Below are positions 27,066 to 43,042 of a stretch of 64,000 nt of DNA, piece by piece. The position numbers were made by a program, and so were the translations under genes. This DNA is from the human T2T-CHM13v2.0 reference genome, Homo sapiens. The DNA is taken from the NCBI RefSeq assembly GCF_009914755.1, contig NC_060929.1. One strand, written 5' to 3'. Numbering within the stretch: the stretch's first letter is position 1; the number at the start of each line of letters is the position of its first letter. The notes beneath the pieces were generated by a model, which saw only the letters and a program-made list of their open reading frames with translations, was not told the origin of the DNA and searched no databases.

Positions 27066-30000
27066 CCCTGAGGGTTAAAAAAAACTGTGGGTTGCCATCT
27101 GTTCACACTGTGCTAATCATGTTTACTGGGTTATCTAATTTATTCCTAAAAACATGAAACCGAACGGCCGTCTCAGGGCCGAGTTAATGCTCCTTATCGC
27201 TATCCTACTGTCCTCCTGTAAGGGTCCTCTTCCAAAAATGGTTTGCGGATTTGCTTAGGAGGCCCTTAGAGCCCCAGAGAAGATGCTTCATGGATTCCAC
27301 AAACAATGGTGTATTTTCAGCCTAACTGTGAAAATGTAAATTGCCTAAGAATTCCATTCACTTGTTTCCATTTTAAATATTGAGATTCCATGTCAGATTT
27401 TATTTGAAAGGGAAAAGAACAAACACAAAGCAGAACACTACGCTGCAATTTGAATTCATGCCCTGCATCATGCTGTTATATTGGCTGTGTCTGTGTGGCT
27501 CTTCCTCCTCTAGATGTAGTTGAACGCTTTCTCTTAATTTTTTTGGTTTACTTATAATCCAGATATTTTGGGCATGATTGAGACGATTTCCTCAAATGCA
27601 GCCTTTCTTTCCTAAATGACTCAATACTCTTCAAAAGAAAGCAATGCAAAGGCATATCTGTGAGGAATGACTAGACAAGAAAGTCACTGTGAAGCGAGGA
27701 ATTAAATAACTTTGCCAGAGAATGCGGTATCATTGTTATTCCTTTGAACACCCATATATTCTGCATTGATAGGCTCACTCTGAAGAGGGAGGCAAATCTT
27801 CCTTTCCTGAGCCTCCATGTCTTCAACGGTAAAACAAATATAACACTAACTTTTCAGATGTTACCAAGTTTGATGAAATAAAACATGTATCTTGATATAA
27901 ATTTGCAACCTCAAATTCTGTGGAAGAAATTGATTGACTTAAAACTGACTCCAAGTCTTCACCTACAGAGGGGTGTGAAATGTAAGTTCGGTCACTCTTG
28001 GAGATTTCTCCCCTCTTCTCTCCTCTCATCTACAAAATTCTACAGAACTCTCAGAGCCCTGCATGTGTCAAAATATCAGAGATAACTCCAGGCATCTGCC
28101 CACTCTGGGTTCCAAGGAGACATTCACTGTCGCTGCAGGTTCTGTGGCTCTGCTCTTTCTTGCTGGTCTTGGGGAACAGGTCTCTACAGAGAGTAGGAGT
28201 CCTATGTCTGAGGTCCATCCTTGTATATCTCCTTGGAGTCAAAACCAATTCCTGAGGCTGCCTATGCAGAGGGAACCACAATTGCTGGGCACTGACCTAG
28301 ACAGCTTCCTAGCCTGGAGGGAGGTGTTGGAGGACAGTGAGCCTCATCTCTTCAAGGATTTTAGGCTTTTATAAAAATGAGGAAGAGCAGTTCCTGCTTC
28401 TGCCTGCCACAAAGCTCCCCTGGGCAAAGAGAACAAAATCCCTGCTAACTGCTAGAAAAGGGGCAGGGCAGGTAAAATTATAGACAGCAAAACATAAATT
28501 AGTGCTTCAATGAAATGCTCTGCCCCACATATATGTAAACCATGTAGTTCAGGAACTATCACAACAGGAGGAGCCCAAGAAGAGCCCCTGATTTCACTCA
28601 GCTATGGAGAGAGTCAATGTCTCTCGTCATTGATTTTCAAAATTCTGTTTGGTTTGGCAACACAGCTTCTCTCTTAAGGAAAGCTTATATAGAAGTCTCA
28701 TTTGTTTAAAAAGAAAGAACAAAAGGACAGAGCTGCTGTCCTGGTGACCTACCTGTTTCCTTACCACAAGAAACTCTAGAGCACAAAATCGGTGTGGCAC
28801 TTTGAAAGTCAACGTCCTAAGTTAGGGACAGCTTGTTTTAGCTCAGCAACTACATCCCTACAGTACCAATTATAACACAGCTCTCCCAGAAAATCATGCT
28901 GAATAAAAGGCTGTCACCATATTCCACTGGATTTAAGATCTATTGTAACATATACCATTATATTGTGTATCACCAGGAGATTAAACAGTGTGGCCAAACA
29001 AATTATGACATGACACTGATTATAAACCATGTGCATATTTGAGATGTGTGAAAAAAATGTGATTTAGAGTAGATAAAGTTCAATAATAAGATGACTATAT
29101 AAGCAGTGATGAAAAATGCGATCCAAAGAAAGCAAAGTACTTAAGGAACATTGTTTGGATTTTTCTGTTTCAATTGGCAATCCTCTCCACGCTTTGACAA
29201 CACCTTTTTGTAACTATTGAAGAAAGAAATGAAAAGAGTATGGGAGATTGCAGAAAGCTTGAAAAATTCATTTAGTTTAGGCAGACAGTCCATTTAAAAA
29301 TGCCATCTCTAATAATTCAGGGCAAGAACAATGGAATTATTTTCAGTTACTAAGTTCTTGATACTGTATCCAATATTACACAAATAACTAGAGCACCATT
29401 AAAATGCGACTCAAGAAAATTAATTATAAATTGTTCATTTAATATCTATGGGAACCTTTGTACATTTGAAGAGCAAGATCATCTAAGTTACTTTGGGAAT
29501 AGATATTATAAAGCCTCCTTTTTTAAGAATTAATTTTGAAAACTGAAACATTGCTGCATGCATTACAAATCTTCATTAAACACACCCTTAAATTAATAGG
29601 ATCTGCTCTGACTACATGTTTATATTATGTTTCATCTCTATGAACTTAAAAGGTAATATTTTTTTCCCTTCAGAATCCAGATTTAGGAACTGTGGAAATA
29701 GCACAAGGAGAGGAAAGTGTAAAAGTCAACTGCTTCTCCCTAAATGTCCATCCCATCCATCATTTCCCACTGCCAGGTTGAGAGCAGAGGGTGTGGTGTT
29801 GAGGTCTGGGGCTCATTTGAAGGAGTGGAGGGAACAAAGGCGGAAACAGAGGAGTGGAGGAAACAGAGGTGCAAGAATTCAACCAACTTGCAGTTCAAGT
29901 CAATCTACTACCTACAGTAATATACTGTGGTTGAAGCAAGGCCTTGGCAATGTAGAAATACATGAAAACCACCCGAATTAAAACAAGCAAAGTCTATTTG

Positions 30001-30193
30001 TTTAGGGCCTGCTATGTCAATGGAGTTAGCCATCGCTACTTGTGTTTGGCAGAGACTCAAAGTAAGACAGGGGAGTGGAAAAGTTTTATAATGAGAGAAA
30101 AGGGAAGACTTCAGGAATGCCATGATTGGAGGTTGTTGGCATGGGGAAGCTTGTAGGTGGGCTAACTAGAAGAAGAGCATCCTACGTGATTGA

Positions 30194-31749
<1,556 letters not shown>

Positions 31750-32153
31750 TCTATTTTTATATATGGTTTGGCCAGCATCTATTTGTATTCAGTCTCTCAG
31801 CAGGTAGCCTGAAGGCCCAACAGACAAAGTCATCCTGGCCACAACTTGAGTTTTTCACATTTTAAGCTTTTAAAAATTAACAAAGCAGTTCATTCTCTTT
31901 AAAACAAATTCAAATTACACACAGGTAAAAATAAAGAAAAAAGTGAAAGAACTCTTTTCCTTAACAGGATTCCCTAGAAGTCAGTTCTTCTGACAAAGCA
32001 GGTGGATCAAATCATGAATTTTAGAAATAAAACATCTACTTGTGTGAACAAGGCATGAGGCAGGTGGAGAAAAAGGCCCGAGTATTAGCCAGAGTTCTTG
32101 GTTTTCAAGCAACAGAATCTGACCCAGGTAGAAAGAGTCCTTTTTTAAAGTGT

Positions 32154-32580
32154 TGATATGGTTTGGATCTGTCTCTCAGCCCAAATCTCGTTTTCAATTA
32201 TAATCCCCAATGTTGGAGGCAGGGCCTGGTGGGATGTGATTGGATGGTGGAGGTGGATTTCTCATCAATGGCCTAGCGCCATCTGCTTGGTGCTGTTCTT
32301 GTGATAGTGAGTGAGCTCTCATGGGATCTGGTTGTTAAAAAGTGTGTAGCACATCCCCCTCACTCTCTCTTGTTCCTGCTCCTGCCATGTAAGATGCTTT
32401 CCTCCCACTTTGCCTTCCACCATGATTGGAAGCTTCCTGAGGCCCCGCCTAGAAGCAGATCCTGCTACACTTCCTGTACAGACTGCAGAACTGTGAACCA
32501 ATTGAACCTCTTTTCTTTATAAATTAACAAGTAGAGACGAATTAATTGTCTCTACAGCAATGTGGGAATGAACTAACACA
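32154..32580 (+). mobile_element. MSTA solo LTR
   Basis: TGATATGGTTTGGATCTGT...GAACTAACACA. Confidence 0.88.
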
Positions 32581-32662
32581 AATATTTATTTGGTAACTCA
32601 TAGAATCATTGAAGGGCTCGGCTGCTGGACTTGAGATAAACTTTTAAAAACAACTCCTTTAG

Positions 32663-33061
32663 TGCTATGGTCTGAATGTGTCCCCCACAATTCATCTGCT
32701 GAAACCTAATGCAAATATGATAGTATTAACAGGTGGGCCTTGAGGAGGTGATTGTCATGAGGGCAATCAGGATGGAATTAGGGCTCTTCTAAAATGGCTT
32801 GAGGGGGTGGGTTCACACTCTTCTGCTCTTTCGCCATGTGAGGACACAGTGTTTGTCCCCTTTTGCCCTTCTATCCCTTCAACCATGTAAGGGCACTAAG
32901 ACGGCACCATCTACGAGGAACTGGCTTTCACCAGACAACAAACCTGGCAGTAACTTTACTTGGACTTCCTAGCCTCCAGAACTGTGAGAAATAAATTTCT
33001 GCTTATTATAAATTACCCAGTCTCATGCATTTTATTATGGCAGCACAAATGGACTAAGACA
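32663..33061 (+). mobile_element. MLT1A/MLT1A1-like solo LTR
   Basis: TGCTATGGTCTGAATGTGTCCCC...GGACTAAGACA. Confidence 0.85.
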
Positions 33062-34144
33062 CCAAGCTGTGCAGCAGAGCTGGTCGAACAAGAAAACTAC
33101 TACCACAGTTCTTGAGCCTTAGATGCTGGAATCTCTATTACTTCCACTTCTGTACCTGACAGGACTTAGTGCACTTGCTTCTCCTAGCATCACCAATGCC
33201 ACCTCTGGACCAGGCACTGCTTTGTAGCCTCAGCCACAAACCTGGAAAGAAATAAGACAGATTCTCCATGGCATCTGCTTCCTCACCATTGCTGCTTCAG
33301 ATTCAAAGCTTTCATCTATCTGGCAGGTAGAGCAAGCCTGGGTCAGATGAGCCATAAGGTAAGCAGGGAAGATGAGTTATATACTTTAGAAAGGCAAGAT
33401 TCATAAGGCAGTAATTTCAAAAGCACTGAGTATTTTTTTAAATTAAAAAAAAAGAAGAGACAAAAATATAGTAAATGCTCACTTCTGAGCAGGACCCAAC
33501 ACTCTGATCCTTAATGCATTAGATAATGGGTGGCTTAGAGACAGACAATAGAATTGTGAAGGTCTTTTTGAAGGTCTTAGATGTCTGAAGGTGTCATCTG
33601 GCCATCTTTTGAAGAAACATGTAATTGTTCCTCTGTAGAAGGCTTTGTCTTAAACCATAATCTCATATGAGTTAGGGAATAAATTGAGATGTGCTGTCTG
33701 GCCATCCATTCTCTGGGTTCAAGCACAGATTAAATGCATCAGCTATTAGAACTTTAAGACTCTATTCCAAATTTTCTCTGTGTCATATATTATATATTTC
33801 AATTATCTTACCTTTATTTTCCCCTTTATATTTATTTGCCACATTTAATTTTATATCCTGTTGCAATATACATATTTCTGTCCTTATTGTTTCAAATACT
33901 TTTTAGAGTAAAGAGTTGCTATGGCATAAACAAGTAAACTAATAAGTAATTTGATTCAGTTCAAAATTCCCTTTCTCAGGCATGGCTTGAAACCTTTGTG
34001 TATGCTAACTTCTGCATGTGCAGAAGTTAACAGATATCTCAGTTATATCAGCACGCTTATGAATAATCAAATCATTCTCATCATGCCTGGGGGATGATAT
34101 GTTTTAAAACACTTATTTTTATCTTCCCCAGTTGGAAAAGTAAT

Positions 34145-34330
34145 GACAATAACTGCCAATTACAAAACACATTACATGCCAAGCACTGTGCTAAGTGCTC
34201 TATGGAGATGATCTTGTTTAATTTTTATAGCAATTTTAGAAGGTGAGTACTACTATTATTGCTACTTTGTTGATGAGTAAGCCAAGGCTCAGAAAGGTGA
34301 AATAACATCCACAGTTTCAGAGATATTAAG
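34145..34330 (-). mobile_element. MIR
   Basis: GCCAAGCACTGTGCTAAGTGCT...GATGAGTAAGCCAAGGCTCAGAAAGGTGAAATAAC. Confidence 0.7.
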
Positions 34331-35089
34331 GGTAAGGGTGGTGTGTAACCAATTTCAATAGTTGACAATCACAGCAGAACCACCAAGATGAGATGGCCAA
34401 GATGAGGAGGAAGAGTCAGGGCCTGTGGTCTTTTTCTATATCTTAGCAACTCTCTCCAGCTGCAAGGGAACATTACATAGAGATATTGAGATAGAATCTG
34501 TCATAGAAGAATCTTTTGGTTGTGCTGTGTAATCATAAAACTGCTTCAGACAGTAAAGGGATAGGCTTTGATGCTTCAAAGGGAATTTGAAAGGATATTC
34601 ATTCTCATCCAGAAAACAGTATGACTAACACTATTCCACACATGAGTACTCACAGCTGTACTTCACTTCTGGCCATGACAGTGTAGAGGCTATCAGAATA
34701 AACTTCTTGTGGATGAATAATTGAAATGCCAAACAAACAAACAAACAAACAGCTTTTTGAAGGCAAAGGAGAGTCAACAAGTCAGCCAGCACTTGAGGGC
34801 CAAGATTCTGGAGAAAAGGGAAATGCATAGGAGTGACCCCTCCCTTTGCCTTGCTTTTCCTTTCTGAGGTATCTGCTGATGGTTGGCATGGGGCATGGAG
34901 CCCAACAGGTGTCACCTAGAGCTTATGGCAGGTGCTCTAGAATGGTGAGATGAAATTAGGGTTTAGAGTTATCAGGCTGCAAGGATTTGAAGGGCCAAGA
35001 TCCCCAAGAAAGAACTGCAGAGAAGACATTGCATGCCCAACATCCTCTTGAAGTATTTATCTGTTTCTAAATTGCACATGCACAGGGAT

Positions 35090-35180
35090 GAGGGGTTCCA
35101 GATAAAATACAGAACGCCCAGATAAATTAGAACTTCAGGTACACCAGAAATAACTTTTTAGTGTAAGAATGTGCCAATAT
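35090..35180. mobile_element. MER33-like hAT fragment
   Basis: CCAGATAAAATACAGAACGCCCAGATAAATTAGAA. Confidence 0.6.
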
Positions 35181-35199
35181 AAATGAAAATATGGAGAAT

Positions 35200-35395
35200 T
35201 TTATCAGGTCCCTGGAGTCTATACAAAATAATCAAATGGAAATTCCAGAATTAAAAAATATAATGTATGCAATGAATTCAATAGATGGGTTTAAGCAGTT
35301 TAGACAGAGAAGAGAAAGGATTAAGTAAATGAGAAAGATCGGTAGAAAATTTCCAGATCAAAGAGAGAGAAGAAAATATAAAACACAATGAAAAG
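35200..35395 (+). mobile_element. Ancient L1M ORF1-region fragment
   Basis: AATCAAATGGAAATTCCAGAATTAAAAAATATAAT...TCAATAGATGGGTTTAA. Confidence 0.6.
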
Positions 35396-36403
35396 GAGAA
35401 ACAAATTTCTGTTGTTTACAAGTCACTCAGCCCATGGTATTCTATTATAGCAGCCACAATGGACTAAGACATTTAGATTTGTCAGTTCACAAATCTTTCT
35501 TCAACTATGCCTAATTTGATGTTTAACCCATTACTTGAATTTATAATTATTTTGCTATTACCTTTTAAAAGGGCTTTATGTATATTTGATTCTTTTTCAT
35601 TTGTATTTTACTTTTTATAGTATTTGTTTCCCGGGCCATATAAGTTCAATGCATTCTGTTATTTTTTTGAGACATATTTAAAATTCTTATTTTACATTCT
35701 TTGCCTAGTATTTCTGCTATTGTTAGATCTTCTGGGTCTGGTTCTCCTGTCTATTGTTTCTGCTGATTCTGACTTACAGCGGCTCGTTTCTTTATGTGTT
35801 TTGTTATTTTTTATGTGTGCTTATGTGAGCTTAAGCTATTTGGAGCTTTCTCTGTGGGAAATTTTTGAGATCAAATTTGAAGGTGAGTTTCCTTAGAAAT
35901 CATTTTTATTTGCTTTTGACAGGCATCTGGGAATTCTTCCTGGGACTGCTTTAAACAAAATTATTGGCTTGGGTTTTGGGGAGATACAAAGACATTATGA
36001 ATTCCAGCCCAAAATTTATTTGAGGATAGAGTTATGATTATAAATCTTCAAGAGGTATTATTAACTGCCTCTATCCCCAAGCCAAGACTATCTTGTTTTG
36101 TGAATTTTTATCTTTTCTAGTCCATTCACCAAGGTTAACATTTTTGAGGGATACCTATTTTATGGGAGTGACTTCTCATTTTGTGCAGGCTCTAGGCTTT
36201 GCTTTCTGTCTCCTGTGCAAAGTCAACTAAAACTGAAGATCCAGGCCACTAGACATTAATGGATTCCCTCAGGGAGTGTCTCTGGTATCAGCTTGGTGAC
36301 TTGTCTGGAGTTGTGCTTTGCATCAGTTTGGCTTTTCCTTAACTTTCTAGTGCATTTATAATATGCTTTTATATTTCATTCAGCACTAAAAATTCGTGCC
36401 TGG

Positions 36404-36434
<31 letters not shown>

Positions 36435-36483
36435 GTAATATCCAGTCTGCCATAGCAGAGGAAACATTAATATTACCAGGCTA

Positions 36484-37078
36484 TGTTTCAAAACATTGAT
36501 TTTATTATTATTTAGGTATGGCAAGGCTAACAGATCAAGAGACCATTAACTGACCATTAATAAGATATTATTAATGACCACCATTAATAAGATAGTGTGT
36601 TATACTCACAGATCCTAAGAGGAGGGAGCACTCCATGCCACAGAAATGTGGGGGAGCACATGGAGAAGTGCTGGGGTTGGTCATGAGGCAGAGGAAGAGA
36701 GGGAAATGGTGGTAAGAGCCTTTATTGTGGTTTTCATGGTAAGGAATGGGAATGGGAGAGGCAGGTTTTGTTAGGACTGGCTAGTTTGAATAATTTCAGT
36801 GGGCTTTGGAATGTCAGAGCTGCTCCTAATAGTTTAGTACCTGGCCCTGAGATGATTAGGGGAGGAAAATAGTGGCCTGTAAGAGCTCACTAGAGAAAAT
36901 GTTTGAAGACATTGGTTCTAGAGTGGTCGGTTTGCATATGACAAGCATAATGACAGGTTAGTTTTTTGCTATCTCTAGAAATTAGCTAGCCCTAGGAGGT
37001 ACAGTCCCTCCAGGGTTAACAAGGCTCTAAGATGTCAAAGCACTAAAAATACATAATAATAAAAAAGTGATGAGTACA
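36484..37078 (-). mobile_element. MER76-like LTR
   Basis: GCTATCTCTAGAAATTAGCTAGCCCT..CAGTCCCTCCAGGGT..AAGATGTCAAAGCA; TG/CA ends. Confidence 0.72.
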
Positions 37079-37441
37079 GATTAATAAAAATGTATTAGTA
37101 AATAAGGTGTCATGTGTTTTTAAAATAATAGTTACCTATGTTTATTTCTATTTTACCTTCTAGATAGTTAAATGAGGACAAGAATTATGTATATCATAGT
37201 CTCTAAGAAATTGAGATGAAACTCATCTATGACCAATTTTTCCAACTTCATTTAGTGCCGATTCTACCTCTATTGAAATCATGAGCCACAATTTTAAGAA
37301 ACCATTAGCACTAAGACCACAAAATACTTATGAATAAAATTTATTGCATACTTTCAAATACCTTAGTTAACTAACTTTCTTATATGTCCATTTTTCCATT
37401 AATCTCTTCTGTTTCCAGTCACCATTATTAAAATCTCTCTT

Positions 37442-37791
<350 letters not shown>

Positions 37792-38895
37792 TTAAGATGT
37801 GTAATAACATATGGTCTCTATTGAGAATTTATCTGCAGGTATAGGTGATTATAACTTTAAATAATTCATGTAGTGGAACAAAGCAACTTTCTTCTTGGTC
37901 TTCTACTTCAATCAAATGACAGCTGAGTTTAATTATGAAGTTGAGTAAGTACTCTATTCCAGTCACATGTCAGATTTCCCTTCCACTGCATTTCTCCTGA
38001 GCAATGTCTTAGAAAAGCATTCTTGGAAGGCATGTTCTTTCTCATGTCTAGATTTAATCCATCCTAAGGATAAAAACAGCTTCTCTACGATTCTACTGGC
38101 TCTGCAAGGCACTGTGCCAAGTTCTCTGTCATCACTCAAGCAATCATTATGCAAATTTACATGCAGTCTAAGCGTGAGTCCTATTTGAGGACAGTCTCCA
38201 CAAAAATGATGGAGACAATATTTCTGAATCCATAGAGGCATAACTTTAGAATCCAAAAATCAAGACCACGATTCCCATGCTTGCCTAAGTGCTTATGCCC
38301 AGTCAAATGCAATTTAACACAAAAGCCAGGACTGCTAATGTCATCGAAGTACCCTCCTTCTCTTTCTTCACCCAGTGTGCTTTTGAAGTTATAAACATTA
38401 ATGTGGAAAAGGGTGAGCGGGACTTCATGTGCGTGGTAAAGCATCTTGGTGCTTTATTTGTACCTGATGCCAACAAACAGTCCCTTTCCATCTGCAAGTG
38501 GATATTTCCCAAAGCAGAGAAACATCTTACTAATGCTCGATTCTTCAGGGATATAGGCTCTCTCTCTCCTTTGTTTAAGGCAACACAGAGCAATGAGTGT
38601 TTGAACTGGCTCTATTTATCTACTCTCTGATAGTTTTATTACAGGCACCCTGTGACAGAGGGAAGCTTTCAGCCAAATGACTTCACAGAACAGATATTCA
38701 GGGAAGGCTATTCAGACGCATGTAGTTAAAACATTTCCTGAACAAAAGCCAAGGAATATTTTCTTATTTTCCCCTCCAGTACTGACCTGAATGTGCTACA
38801 AGCTGCCATAAAAAATGGAAGCAGTTGCATGACTTTGCTTTGGTCTAGCCTGTATTACGTCGAGAAGTGCGTGGGTGGGAATGAAGAGGTAAAAC

Positions 38896-39218
<323 letters not shown>

Positions 39219-42200
39219 AGGGGTGTCAACTTTAAGCAGGAGAAAGCATGGCTTGAACTATGATCTATCTAGGAACCAAGGACTTCCAAAAATGTTTTTT
39301 GGATAGTTTTGATGGCACTCATTTGTTGAATGCTAGCTTTTCTTAAAAAAAAAAAAGTCATCTGATAATACATATTATAGTTTTTCACAGTGAACAATCT
39401 CATTTTTTTGTTGTACTCCCCATTAGCAATAAGTTGCTGAGCACCTGCCTCCAGTATAAGCACATTTAATATATATTTTCACCATAAAACATTTAAATGA
39501 TGAAATAAAGTTAAAATAACCAATATTTAAAATTCTTCCTAATTGCAATGGTTTTTATTAACCTACTCTTCAAAGTATTAAAACATCAAAATGGCAATAA
39601 AGTATGTTGGTACTCATTTTGTATATTATAAAAATAGGCATGTTAATTTAGATATTTTCTTAATTCATATGTTCAGATTTCATAGTATAAAAAGTCAGTA
39701 AAGATAATATTCACCATATTGTAAACATACAAATATATAAATGTAGTACAAAAGCAACAAGTTAAAGCAAATTTCTTAAAAGTGAAATAAAAAACATACA
39801 TTATTCAAACAAATTTACAGATAAAATAAAGCATTATTTAAAAAGAATAAAGCACACATTAAATGCAAACTGATACAACACATTATGAACACTGAAAATG
39901 AAATATATTTGAATTTTTAGAATGTAATCTTGTAAAGTTTTAATTGTTAGAACAGATTTATTTCTGTTTCTGGAAAAGCCTTAAGACTCTAGTTGGGAAA
40001 TTATAAGGAGAGAGTTATAAACTGACTTGAAGTGTTTTCCTTCAACTCTTTCCTTCTCAAATAATCCCTTTGTTGTTTTATTATTTTGAGGACATAGTAA
40101 ACTATTTTTCTCCAAGAACCATAATTTTTCAAATGATGGTAAACTATACTTTTGTTTTAAAGAAATAATTTCAGGTTTATCTTAGTTTCATCATGCAGAT
40201 TGACTTTCCAATGGATATTGTGTTTCTCATATCAGACTCAGTACTGTCAATTCTTTTTCCACTTGTTTGGAAAGTCTTTGAACTAGAAAAAAAATTATTT
40301 CAATATGAACTTTGGTCAATTACTATTTTCTTCTTTCTCAAGAGTTTTGAATATACTGAAGAACCCTTTTAAAACAACTATATCTTTTTTTTGCTCTGAA
40401 ATTTTAATATAGTTTATAACTCTCAGGAATAGCTAAAGTCAGAAATAATTCAGATATTAAGTTTTTCAATATAAAAAGAGTTATATCAACACCTCATCCC
40501 CCAAAATTCTAGTGTTTTAGTACTTGAGAAAAACACTGTATAACCAGAATACTTGAGCAAGAAAACTTGCGTGGCAACATGCTTAGGGAAAAATTCACCA
40601 TTAATATCAGTGAAATATATATCTATATATAGTGACTTTAACAATAGGATTCGGTCATGATTGACTGTGGGTGTAAAAAGACTCAGATCAAGGATAGAAA
40701 TCCAGAGATGCAGGTTTCTTGTTTATGCTTAGATTTTTCATATCTTTAATCCAGAGATTTTTTAGAGCAGGAATCTTTCTAAGCCAGTGTTCTATTTTGT
40801 GAGAGATGATTTAGTTACAGCCAGATAACAGAATCTCAAACTCACCAAACTAAGTTGTAAAAACTGAAAGCCAACGCATTGAGGGCATCGGTCAACTTCC
40901 TTGTCGTTTGAAGTCTCCCTCTTCCCGTAGGATCCCTAGAGCACTACAAGTGACATGTAGCTGGTTAGGTTGATGTGTCAATGAATATGAAATACTGGTA
41001 AAGCTTCGCTTCCTTTTTGTTTTAGGTCAGAAGTAAATGGAAGTTAAATTTCTAATATTTCCTTCTGTTCTTTTAATATATTATTTTGCATATTCCATGG
41101 AGTGCAAGTTCCCTATCATTGTAGGAGAGACAGAATGAGTCACGTGTCTATCCTACTCATATGGGCAGGTACAACACAGAGCATAGGGACCCAGATGTGG
41201 AGAGGATTTAGGAATCATATAGGTGGGGGTGGAGTGAGAGAGGAGCTGTGGGCACCAAGGTGGATTCAAGAGCAAGGTGTGCTTACAGTTTAATTTATTT
41301 CATGCTCTCCTGCCAGTGTCATTAACTGTACCTTTGTAAATACAAAGGGCCACAGCCCAGCAAAGCACTTGGGCATTCAATCATAAGTTATTAAATTTAA
41401 TTGAATTAAAGAGTTGGAACCATTACGTGACTAATTTAAGGCCCCAGGCTGGGTACATTCAACAGACAGCCAACATTTGGCAAGGGCTAAATTGATGCCT
41501 GCAGAGGTGGTGGCACTGCCCTAGTTCAGGGATTCAAAATTTCTCATTATTTGACAGGGAAGTGTAGGAGGAGGAAAAGTTAGAAATGGCTCCACTGAGG
41601 AACTAGATTCTAAGATGGAGTATAAGAACTGATAGAGGATTTTTGTTTCTTTTCTTTTAAATTGGCCTTTTAAAAAATATAAAGTCAAAAATATAACTGC
41701 AGCAAATTTAGAAAATGCAGACAAGCCTTCCCAAAAAGAAAACAAAACGAAAAAGAATAAAAACAAAAAAGAAATCACTCATGATTGCACTAACCAAAGA
41801 CAACGTTAACTAAGCTTTGATGAGTATTAATTTAGCTGTGTGTGTGTTAAGAAAGCAATTATTTATACACATGAACACCCCCCAAATTCACTCCACCCCA
41901 GGATTGAGGGTAAAATCCTTCTAATTTAAGAGCCTTTTTGATTGCCAGCATCATCATGTGATGGTAAAATAATGAAGATAATGGTCAAATAATTGAAGAT
42001 ACAATGTCCAGATAATTGAAGATAATTTTAAGAGTTGGTGGAGGAAAAATCAGATTGAAGGAGTCAAGGCAGAGCCAACTTAAATTGCTTTGTACAAGGG
42101 AACTAAGCAGTTCGGGGAGATTGTTCCCCTCTAGTTGCCACCACTGCTGTATGGAGGGCGCCACAGCTATTCCCCAAAACTCCCTTGCAGCTCCTGGGGC

Positions 42201-43009
42201 TCCATGGGTGCTGCCGGTTCCTGTCCTGCACATGACCACTGCTGCTGCTCCTCTGGGTAAAACCGGGCCTCCTGGGGACTGACTCTGCTGCATGGGGCTC
42301 CGTGACAAAGGCCTTGGAACGCTCTGTGCAGCATTGGAACTGTCTCATGTAGTTGAGAGCACGGCTCTCTGCTGTGATTTACTGTCTGTCAGATAGGTGC
42401 CAGCAATGTCACTGGAGCACCTGCTGTTTTATACATCTTACTTACAGCTGTTTTGCTCTTTAAAAGATTCATATCTTCACCCAGGGAAAGTGGAACAGGA
42501 GGATGAATCCGAGGGACAAACTCCATTGTGCAGAAAGTCTCATCTCTCCACTAAGGCTTTGTTGCTGGTGCTGCAAAGGTCCTTTCCATATTGGCAGGAA
42601 CTCTTTAGAGAAAATCATCAGCCCTGCTGAAGACTTCTCCCAAATACATCTTGGTATATATTTGCCCAGAAGTACATGCAATTTTAGTTTTGGGGATTTT
42701 TTTTTTTCTCACACCAGGAGGGACCTTAGCTTTCAGACAAATAGGCTTCTAATAGTCGTGCTACACTCACATCTTTGTGCCAAAAACACCCAGACATGTC
42801 AGAATTCTCCTAACCTATTCTTGATTTATTCATTTCTGACCAGGGCTCAGAAAAGCCCCAAATCCCAGTATTATAAACTACAAAGCAAGATTCAATATCT
42901 GAACCCAAACTATATGGAGTGATAGTTTCTAGCAGCTTAGGAAAAGCCATGAATGTCATATTGCAGTGTCTGGACATAATTACATAGACAGTAAAAGCCT
43001 TAGGTAGAA

Positions 43010-43042
43010 GTGTGCACCTGCGCGTGTGTGTGTGTGTGTGTA
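43010..43042 (+). repeat. (CG)/(TG)n microsatellite
   Basis: GCGCGTGTGTGTGTGTGTGTGTAC. Confidence 0.8.

Noticed and set aside
27998-28374. Overlapping ORFs in unique sequence as a coding exon
   Set aside because: No recognisable homology or consistent splice boundaries; lengths are within chance.
39420-40420. AT-rich stretch as an ancient DNA transposon
   Set aside because: Suggestive, but I could not identify termini or a family.
41985-42922. ORF cluster as a gene
   Set aside because: Short ORFs on both strands with no domain; explained by locally higher GC.
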